Shown: positions 11,765-20,000 of the stretch, one piece after another
How positions within the stretch are numbered: position 1 is the stretch's first letter
How the letters are laid out: each line of letters begins with the position of its first letter
Program-made: the position numbers and the translations under genes
Source: Catajapyx aquilonaris
Lineage: Eukaryota
Length of the DNA: 20,000 bases
Direction of reading: 5' to 3'
Assembly (NCBI GenBank): GCA_000934665.2
Contig: JYFJ02001477.1
Coordinates: 58,722 to 78,721 of the forward strand
Notes under the pieces: model-generated
The model's database searches: none
What the model was told of the DNA's origin: nothing
Seen by the model: only the letters and a program-made list of their open reading frames with translations

Positions 11765-12344
11765 TCAGAAGGCATATGATGCTAGTACATGATGGTAAGG
11801 ACAGGCCACCCAAATCTCTCTAATGAGGAAAGTGTGTCGATGTGACTCACTCAGGATCAAACTGTCCCTTAATATTTAATTCTGATGTCTGACCATTCCT
11901 ACGTCAGGTTGTTGAGATACATTATTGTAACCTTCTCAGAAGCTATAGAAATAAGTGCTGTGTATTTCTCTCGAAAACAAACTAATGTATTTGGGGCCAC
12001 TTGAGGAATTGTTATGAAGGAAATGTGTTATGAGAGACAAGATTTATTATTTATATAATGTAATCCTCCAATGGAAATAAAAAAAACATTATTTTCCCCA
12101 ACATTTTTACAATCTTTAAATCCTCATTTACAGCTGGAATAAAGTCCTGGCATCTTTATATTAGGTAACAATCATATAATTATGATTGCTTAATGGTAGC
12201 TATATATTATATTGTATAATTGTTATGCAGCTATTTAACTATTGTATCATAATATGATCATTGTGAACAACATTTTACGACAGATAAATTATGATTATGA
12301 CCAATGAAAATTATGTTTATTCGTGTTGGTTCAGATCTCTTTCA

Positions 12345-12392
12345 TAATAGCAGCTCTAAGAATAGCAGCTCTTTAAGAATAGCAGCTCTTTC
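12345..12392 (+). repeat. Three tandem copies of aatagcagctct upstream of paralog D
   Basis: Directly visible; related TAGCAG repeats lie at 5191-5217 and 9681-9703. Confidence 0.8.
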
Positions 12393-12450
12393 AAACTGCT
12401 AAGCGATTTCTGTCCCGTAGCTACTTGATCGCAACGCCGTTAGGAAACAA

Positions 12451-14838
12451 ATGAGTGGCGTCGAGCGTTCCTCTTTTTCTTCGACCAACGTGCTTCAGGT
12501 AATTAATCATTAATTTTGTTAATTAGGTGTCGATTTACCCGATAATTTCGTGGGCGGAAGTCGAAGAGGAAGGCGTGGGAAGACGGGAAAGGTAACGACC
12601 ACTGTAACCAGTTGACATGTGGTAACAAACCTGGACATAAACAAACCTATACCTTGGTCACTATTGCCAGTGTTTATTTTCCTGTAAGGTGACGTTTCAG
12701 GGATCCGGAAAGGAAGAAGTGAGAGGGCTGCAAGATTTCTGGCTGTATCGATGCACCCATCCTTTGGCTGCACAATGTCACGCCAGAGACCACTGAGATT
12801 AATGCCGTGGTTTAGAACAACCCTTCTTCTCTGCGGCAAAAAAAATGTCAAGGCTAGGTCGTCTGCAACGAAATTCACGGCAACAATCCACACTTGGCCC
12901 CACTGAGACATCACTTGTTGGGAAGAGGGTTTGCCAGTGATGAGGAGGTGAAGTTAGAGCAGGTTATCGCCTGGTTACGTTCACCTGCCCCGAAATTCTA
13001 GGCAGGGGATATAGAAGCCTAGGTGTAATAAATTGACTCAGGCATTATATCAAGCGATAACATTCACCATATCTTCAATATGAGTAAGTGGTGGGCTTCT
13101 GTCATTAAAATTTTCCAAAATAAAAAAAAAAGTTTCACCTTAGTTTCTGGACACCCCTCAGAGCTGTGATATCAGAGGACTGCTCATTGTGGTCCTGATG
13201 ATTGATCCGTCCATGGGTTTAATTTCAGCCCCCAGTGCCATACAAAGAGGAGGCGGAGGATGCGGGTGAAAATGTGGCTGCGGACAGCACTGGTTTGATC
13301 TTGACCATCAGGGTCAAACCAGAACCAGAAGCAGTCCGAGGTCCTCGCACAACGGATATTCTGAAGCGTTTCAGGATGGAAAAGAAGAACCATTCAGACG
13401 GGAGTCCTGGTAAAGAAAAGGTGGGTCATGTAGCATTCAAAGCAAAATGGTATTTTAAATATTAACGTGTTCATGACTTTAATTTCAGTTGTCAGTGACA
13501 AACAAAGACGAGGCAGAGGATGCGGGTGAAAACGTGGCTGCAGACAGTGGTTTGATCTTGACGGTCAGTGTCAAGCCAGAGCCAGACACAGCCCGAGGTC
13601 CTCGTACAACGGAAATTCTGAAGAGCTTCAGGATGGCAAAGCAGAACCATTCAGATGATAGTCTGGAGAAGGGAAAGGTGGGTTGCATGTCATTGAAAGT
13701 AGCCGTGGTAAAAAGTTGTGTTTAAAAGAAATCTATTATAATTTTTATTTTTTAGGCAAATGCAAATCGAGAGAGCAGGAAGGAGCACACTTCTGACCCT
13801 TGCGCCGTCTGTGGAATGGTCTTTGATGAGGAAAAGAAGGCTAACGCCCACAGATGTGCCCACATTGAAAAAAATACTTTCCCATGTGATGTTTGTGGCA
13901 AGATATGCAAGACTTGGTGGTCTCTGGCCAGCCACAAGGAATCCCATCCGGGAGAGATGCCCCGCAAGTGCACCAGATGCGACAAGTCCTTCTTCTCGGA
14001 GCTCAGGCTGCAGCTTCACATTTCCTCCCATGACCCTGGTGGTGAACTCATGTGTGGCATTTGCAAAAAGTCCTTCAGCGAAAGAAAAACATTTTTGGCA
14101 CATGGGAGAATGCACCAGGGAATTCATGTTTGCAGAGTGTGCGACAAGGCATTTAGAAGCGAATCTGTGTTGAAGACACATGCAAGTGTACATGTGGAAG
14201 AGAGACCCTTTCCATGTGATGTTTGCAACACTAGATTTAAGACTATGGGGAACTTGAAACGTCACAAGAAATTGATGCATGCTAAGCAGACACAACTATT
14301 AAAATGCAAATTTTGTCCCTCCACTTTCAAGAATGAGATGTACCTCAAGCGTCACTTGAAGAGGCATACGGATGCAGGCTCAGAGAGAAGGTTCAGGTGC
14401 ACTGTGTGTGGAAAGGCATTCACTACGAAGAGTAATTTGGTACAGCATGGCTCTACTCACACTGGGGAAAAGCCCTTTGAATGTGACGTGTGTGGTAAGG
14501 CTTTTTGTCAGGCAAGTAATTTGAAAGCGCACAAGTTGCTACACATGGAAGATGAATCTCATGTTTGCACAGAATGTGGGAAATCCTTGAAGTCGAGAAA
14601 GTGTCTTTACCATCACATGAGGAGTCATAAGATTCCACCAAAACTGGTCAAATGCCCCCATTGTTCTAAGTCTTTTCAATGCAAGAGCCTTGTAGAGGCC
14701 CATATTCGGCAGAGGCACACTGGGCAGAGGCCTTACGCTTGTGACATTTGCGGGAAAAGATTTGCAAGCAGACAAAATATCAAGCAGCATGTCAAGGTAG
14801 TACACAGTAAGTGCAAGCCACTAAAATCCTGCAAATGA
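12451..14838 (+). CDS. C2H2 ZNF paralog D (12 fingers, ~503 aa); exons 12451-12498 (tentative), 13229-13420, 13489-13677, 13756-14838
   Basis: The exons from 13229 onward are GT-AG bounded, all phase 0 and uninterrupted to TGA 14836-14838. Exon 2 is present twice. The first exon MSGVERSSFSSTNVLQ|gtaatt is in phase but less certain. No TEETWLL exon was found for this copy. Confidence 0.82.
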
Positions 14839-15094
14839 GAAAAGACTAGCTCAGGATTAAACTGTCACTTTGTCTTACATTTTGATGACATATTTTTCCC
14901 ATGTCATTGTTGTGCAGACATCTGAATTTTCTCAGAGGCAAGAAAAAAGTGCTGGGAATTCTCTTGAAATCAAATGTATTTGCAGCCATATGAGGAAATG
15001 TCACGAAGGGAATGTGCTATGAGAGACTTGCTTTATTATTTATAATTATGCAATCCTCTATTGAAAAGAGATATTTTCCTCAACTCTTGTCCAA

Positions 15095-15225
15095 ATTGTT
15101 TCGAGTCTCACTCAGGATCAAACTGTAATTGTTAGAGTTTAATTCTTATGTGTGACCATTCCCAAGCTGTGGCTGTGACATGGATTTTTGGACACATTTA
15201 TTTCATCTACTCAGGTTTAAAAATG
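15095..15225 (+). repeat. Extra partial copy of the ZNF 3' flank
   Basis: ttgtttcgagtctcactcaggatcaaactgt... matches the post-stop sequence of A (7105-), B (9121-), C (11840-) and D (14845-). Confidence 0.8.
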
Positions 15226-15239
15226 TGGTGTGATGTCTA

Positions 15240-15548
15240 TCTCTCTATATGAAGCAGAATCTTGGTCCTTACGTATATATGTCACAGCTACCTAACGCAC
15301 TTCGACTCCTCCGAGAGACCTGAAATTTGTCACACCAACGTCTTAGTCTTGTTGTTTCACGGAAAAGTCCTACATTGCACTTTTCTCAGTCTAAATACGC
15401 AAAACTTATGATTTTTATGGTTTATAGGTTGTGGAGAGCATTTCTCTTTTTTTTTTTGCACAGGTGGAACAAAAACAGTTTTGAGTGTCCCCAAAAACTT
15501 TTTTTCTTTCTTTTCTCATAAATCCAACGTATGTTGGGCAGCGACTAA
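15240..15548 (+). mobile_element. Probable short non-autonomous Helitron
   Basis: 5' a|TCTCTCTATAT start, internal ctgaaatttgtcaca, 3' hairpin ccaac-gtat-gttgg (15524-15537) followed by CTAA (CTRR) at 15545-15548. No TSD. The expected 3' flanking T is absent. Confidence 0.55.
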
Positions 15549-15650
15549 AATTAACAGTAATGATAATTATTTACCCTGATATTATACACGACTGAAAAAC
15601 ACGCTCACATCATCGTCACATTTTCATACATCTCATGTCTTCTGTCATCG

Positions 15651-15681
15651 ACAATAATAACAACAACAACAATAATAATAA
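15651..15681. repeat. (AAC/AAT)n microsatellite
   Basis: acaataataacaacaacaacaataataataa. Confidence 0.85.
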
Positions 15682-15785
15682 GGTAATGATAATCATATAA
15701 AAAAGTGAGAAATGTTTACAACTTCTGATGAGCTGTTCGACATTTAATGCTTGCACATTATGCACTGTAAATTCCGAAGACCACT

Positions 15786-16815
15786 TCAACTCGTAACAAG
15801 TTCCGCACTGGTCTTCCCAAAAGTATAGTTGCTGCAGGTGTCACGAAATTGATGCAAGTAAATTCTGTAAGTGACCAATCCACGGGCCTTGTCAAGGGGA
15901 ATTTCCGACACCTTCCATTTATTATAAGCCTTGGATGTCGTACTTCTGTAGGAACAACTCGTACATCTGTTTTGACACTTCGGACTGTAGTCAGGTGTCT
16001 CTTGGTTTTGTTGTACTTGTACGGATTGAAAGGAAGAGACCTGATGTGGTCTGTGATCAGCTGGAGTTTTGCAGGGTCTGTCTCTCGAGGGTTATTTCCA
16101 TGCTTCCCGCGCAGCTCTTCTGGCACCTGCTTCCGGCTCGCTAGAAGAGCCAGCCTCCTCATCCGTCCAGGACGCACGTTGTGGAGGGAGCAAAACGCCT
16201 TCAAACACACGACACTGCCACACCTGTTTGGGTACACTTATCATATATCAAAAAGTACTGTACACTAATTAATATGTACCAAGCAGGACAGTGTAGATGT
16301 ACGTAGCAGTCCTTGGGGAGCGTTTTAGTTGACTGTCACCAGTGCCACGCTTGCGACGGCGTAGTATTGGTGTTGTAGTGATGCAGTGTTGAAGATAGAT
16401 GTCCTGGGCAACTTTCCCTCTCTTTTGCAGCTGCTTGAACTTTCTGAGGATAGCTTTCCGTTTGTACGTGGGTACGGCAGCGAGACAGTTCCGGCGGCAT
16501 CTGCAAGTGGCGCACGGTTGACTGCAAATTCAGTTACTGCGTACCCAATACTTACCTGCAATCGTTATGTCTCTGAACGTTGCATGTACCAGGACGTAAA
16601 GGATCATTGGCACTGTCCACAGGCTCCAGCTTCTTGGTCAAGACCATTTCTTCCTCCTACTACTCCTTGACGTCATGTTTGGCCTCCATAACACTGATGG
16701 TAGACTCATTGCCTATGTCCAAAGTGGCCTCCTGCTTCACTTGCAGCAACCACGTCTCCTCTGTATCAACACTGTCTGCTGCTTCCTCCACCTCAGTCTT
16801 GACTTTCACTTCCAT
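15786..16815 (-). pseudogene. Spliced fusion gene: TEETWLL acidic module plus Sola-like transposase N-terminal region; exons 16815-16556, 16500-16280, 16223-15786; apparently disabled
   Basis: Manual translation: MEVKVKTEVEEAADSVDTEETWLLQVKQE...VKE**EEEMVLTKKLEP...HNDC|RCRRNCLAAVPTYKRKAILRKFKQL...QDIYLQHCI...RRRKR...RTATYIYTV|..VVCLKAFCSLHNV..GRMRRL...ELRGKHGNNP...ITDHIRSLP...RHL...SVK/QMYELF../..VTYRIYLHQF...NYTFGK...*. Introns are 55 and 56 nt, plus a 56-nt 5'UTR intron at 16875-16820. Lesions: TAG TAG at 16662-16657 and 1-nt frameshifts near 16280/16223, 15972 and 15935. The Sola assignment is from remembered motifs. Confidence 0.75.
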
Positions 16816-17030
16816 TGCTCTGAAAATGCACGTTATCAGTCTGCGTGCTCACATTTGCATTCCTGGACCTGTTACTTAAGTAACGGCTTCTGCTGTACGT
16901 TATTCGCGACTCGTTAAAGTACGTACTTTTCCCTTATACCTATGTTTTCCCCTATCTCCCTTTTTGCAGTGAATAAACCACAGACCACATTAAGCCTCAG
17001 TTTGCTTAACGCACCCTCTGCTACGGTCAC

Positions 17031-17901
17031 ACCACACACGTTACATTCAAAGGGCCTTTCCCCAGTGTAAGTAGTGGCATGCCTTTGCCAAATTACTCTT
17101 CGTAGTGAATGCCTTTCTGCACACAGTGCAACTGAACCTTCTCTCTGAGCCTGCCTCTGTATGCTTCTTCAAGTGACGCGTCCGGTATTCCTCATTCTTG
17201 AAAGTGGAGGGGCAGAGTTTGCATTTTAATAATTGGGTCTGCTCATCAGCAGGCTTCAAGATCTTGTGACGTTGCGAGTTCTCCATTAACTTAAACCAAC
17301 TGTTGCAAACATCAAAAGCAAAGAGTTTCTCTTCCACATGTACATTTGCATGCTTTTTTAAGTCAAAGTTGCATATCCTCCTGAGACCTGATGTCCAATA
17401 TATTGGACATCAGCAAAAAAAAAAAAAAAGTCAACTGAAATAGACGCACCTTTTTTTTTTTTTTTTTTTTGCTGATGTGTTTGCTGATGTCCAATATATT
17501 GGACATCAGGTCTCAGGAGGATATAAATGCCTTGCTGCACACTCTGCAACCATTTATTCGCTGGTGCACTCTTACATGATTCAAAAATGCTTTTTTTTTG
17601 TGTGTGCTGTAGGTCTTGTTGCAAATGTGACGCACAATAAGTTCACCACCATCTTAAGGAACATGAAGCTGCAGCCTGACCTCGGAAAAGAAGGACTTGT
17701 TGCATCTGGTGCACTTGTGGGGCTTCTCTCCCGGATGGGATTCCATGCGTGTGGAGGCTCAGAGATTTAAAATCCTTCTTGCCACAAACATCACACAGGA
17801 AAGCATTCCACTCAGTGTGGGCACGTCTATGGGCCTTGGAAGTCTTTTCCTCATGGAACACCTTAATTTCCACAGACTGGGCAAGGAAAAGAAGTCTGTG
17901 C
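17031..17901 (-). pseudogene. C2H2 ZNF paralog E, inverted exon-3 fragment (fingers 1 to the start of 9)
   Basis: The acceptor tag|gcacagacttc at 17901 is like paralog C's. Finger sequences are homologous (FFSEVRLQLH; CKLCPSTFKNEEY; CTVCRKAFTTKSNL). It has multiple frameshifts and a MITE insertion, is truncated at 17031, and exons 1-2 are not seen. Confidence 0.88.
17377..17520. mobile_element. 144-bp MITE, piggyBac-like CC...GG ends, perfect 41-bp TIRs, ATAT TSD
   Basis: TIRs at 17377-17417 and 17480-17520 are perfectly inverted; ATAT at 17373-17376 and 17521-17524. Excising it with one ATAT restores the finger KAFICNFDLKKH in frame. Confidence 0.92.
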
Positions 17902-17911
17902 CTACTAAAAA

Positions 17912-17931
17912 AATCAATCAATCAATCAATC
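17912..17931. repeat. (AATC)5 microsatellite at the point where homology to the ZNF intron ends
   Basis: aatcaatcaatcaatcaatc. Confidence 0.9.
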
Positions 17932-18987
17932 AGCTATGCGATGTGCAGCGACCGGCTCCTGCAGCATCCAGAGGACACGAGATTTGGCCGACACAAGGCG
18001 GTCCAATACCTGAAATGACATGCCGGAAGTAATCTCCTTTTCCTTACGCATTCGGCCAGTCGCCTATTGGCTATTATACGAATATAATAATATAGAAATA
18101 TGTATAGGCTGCACGTAAAATTGAATGGCGACTGCGGTCTGCGGAGGCGTTGAGCTCCTTGAAGGCCCAGGTGATGGCAGTCCCCACGACGATGACCATT
18201 GATTGCATCTTGGATTGCATAGTGGTCCACAGCGGCTGGGAGGAGACCAGCGTTGGAGGCTTGGAGAGCCACGACTGCTGGAAGACGGCCAGCATGGAGC
18301 CGTTGGCCATGGGCTGCCAACTGCCAACCAATACGGAGCCGCAAAGTTATTGTTGAAGGAGAGGTTTGAGTACCGGGTGACCTACTGCGCCTGGTTGGGT
18401 CCGGCAGGGACCAACTCTGGATGCACCTGGCGCAGGAACTCGTGGTATAGGCCTGGCTTATGCGTGAGTCCCCCACCACAAATAAATGCAAAGTCGTTGC
18501 GGCTTCCCCAGTACCTGATGTACCGGAAGCATCGCTTCACATCCAGCTCAGAATAGAGTATGGGCGAGGAGCAGTGGCACCCTATAATTATTATTTCAAT
18601 TTTTCTTTTACTTTTGCTGCCCAAGAAATAAAACATGAGAGGTTCATTCGGTTGCAAGCAGTAGACTTTTATTATTATTTCATATCTGCTGCTGCTGGAT
18701 GGCGGAGACCATCCACTATGGAGGATCATCGGATGAATGGCGGTGGTGGTGGTGGAGTGTGATGTGCCATAACCGTCATCATCATCAGCAGGTGGGTCGA
18801 TTGGTCTTGGGCACTATAGGGCAGTCCGTCCGATGATCGTCGTCGTGGTCGTGGACCCCTACCGCAATTGTTCTAATAACGCCATCAGCCCGCAGTCTGC
18901 TGCGGCACCTTTCAAGCATGTGGAGAGTCTCGAATCCGTCTCATCGCAGCATTTATCGCCCAAACAGTTGATTAAATTGGCAACTGT

Positions 18988-19009
18988 GAAGAAGAAGAAG
19001 AAGAAGAAG
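18988..19009. repeat. (GAA)n microsatellite
   Basis: Seven GAA units. Confidence 0.9.
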
Positions 19010-19454
19010 ATACACAATCATGAGAGGCGTGAGTACTCGTCTCCACATATTAGTCCAGTGCCGCCTGCATCAGAATGAAGCAGAGAGAAATAACTTGAAC
19101 TAGTATAGTCTCGGCACAAGAATGGGGCCGTGATAATAACCCTACCCTACACCCTATACTCTTCAGGAGAGTCAGTTAGTGTCACCATTGCCGCTGTTTC
19201 CAACCCACAAATTGCCCCTGATATCTCGTCTGACCAATATAATTATGGTACACATTCCCGACATGATGTGTCCTGATACTCATCTTGTCTCCTTTTAGAA
19301 AACGCACCACATTCCCCCGCTCATATCGTCTCGTCTTCAATATTATTTTTGTAGCGAGTTATTTACATACAGTTGGAACCATCATAATTTTAATGATATA
19401 TTCTGTCTACCTACCTGTCAAGAGCCAACTAATAGAACCCTTATTATTATTATG

Positions 19455-19482
19455 ACTAGCAGGATACCCGGCGTTGCTCGGG
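19455..19482 (-). mobile_element. Helitron 3' terminus (element extends to higher coordinates; 5' end not identified)
   Basis: Minus strand reads CCCGagcaacgcCGGG-tatcctg-CTAG|T, the canonical hairpin followed by CTAG and a T target base. Confidence 0.65.
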
Positions 19483-19945
19483 TTGTGAAATACTTTTCCA
19501 TAGGAGTGACTCGTTGATTTGGTAGTAACCTTTACAATCATTATGGTTATACAATGTTGACATGCATGTAACATGGCGCATATTGCATGTGCAACATTGC
19601 GGATGTGAGAGAGTAAGAAAATACACAATGTGCCTTAAAAATCCAGTAATATAGTATGTAATGAAAAATTGAAGGATGTGCAGTAAATGTAGAATACCAT
19701 TGAAAGACCGGCACCTCTCTTAGTTATTCCCCAACCCCAAAATGGCCAACCTGGCCCAGGTGACTGTGCCAGCAGGCAGCTATGGGGTCACTGGAGAACT
19801 CAAGGCCCACCACCACGTCAAGGTGGAGATACCATCGATGTGTTTTTTTTTTTTTTAAATAAGTGAGAATGAAGTGTGACATGGTACTAATCTGTTGTGG
19901 TGTGATGAATTAGGATGTGAGGAAGTGAGCGTGAAAGAGTGTCAG

Positions 19946-19976
19946 GGAGAGCGAGAGAGAGAGAGAGAGAGAGAGA
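19946..19976. repeat. (GA)n microsatellite
   Basis: Directly visible GA run. Confidence 0.95.
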
Positions 19977-20000
19977 AGGTGTCATGATGTAATGATCAGC

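Noticed and set aside
12519..12914. 131-aa minus-strand ORF upstream of D exon 2a
   Set aside because: No recognisable motif, and part of it overlaps sequence homologous to non-coding DNA upstream of C.
5934..14805. Many minus-strand and off-frame ORFs (e.g. the repeated MSHLVHL... ORFs)
   Set aside because: Antisense or alternate-frame shadows of the duplicated ZNF exons; they recur because the genes are paralogs.
15550..17030. An autonomous or complete Sola transposon
   Set aside because: No catalytic domain, TIR pair or TSD found; the structure fits a host gene with a ZNF-type first exon better.
19137..19160. taaccctaccctacaccctatac as telomeric repeat, tempting given CTC1
   Set aside because: Too short and irregular; not a TTAGG or TTAGGG array.
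1..20000. CRISPR array, rRNA, tRNA or prokaryotic operon
   Set aside because: No regularly spaced repeat-spacer pattern or structured RNA gene seen; spliceosomal introns show the DNA is eukaryotic.

Overview
Eukaryotic genomic DNA, probably an invertebrate or arthropod (inferred from short GT-AG introns, mostly 55-85 nt, the transposon types and the microsatellites). It begins with the 3' part of a CTC1 (CST complex) gene (1-2299, +). Next is a decayed DUF4806-like gene interrupted by an insertion carrying an 82-bp palindrome. A tandem cluster of paralogous 12-finger C2H2 genes follows: A and D look intact, C has a frameshift before its last finger, B is a promoterless pseudogene, and E is an inverted pseudogene carrying a fresh MITE. 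The ZNF genes have no KRAB, ZAD, BTB or SCAN domain that I can recognise. Instead their N-termini carry an acidic '(I/V)KxE...TEETWLL(R/Q)(I/V)K(E/Q)E' module and a 'LILTI.VKPEP' exon rich in SUMO-consensus sites. The main observation is a spliced minus-strand gene at 15786-16815 that the ORF track misses. It carries the same TEETWLL module fused in frame to a Sola-like transposase N-terminal (putative DNA-binding) region and stops before any catalytic domain. This suggests a portable, KRAB-analogous effector module shared by ZNFs and a host-transposase fusion. The copy here appears disabled. Family calls come from motif recognition only; no searches were run.
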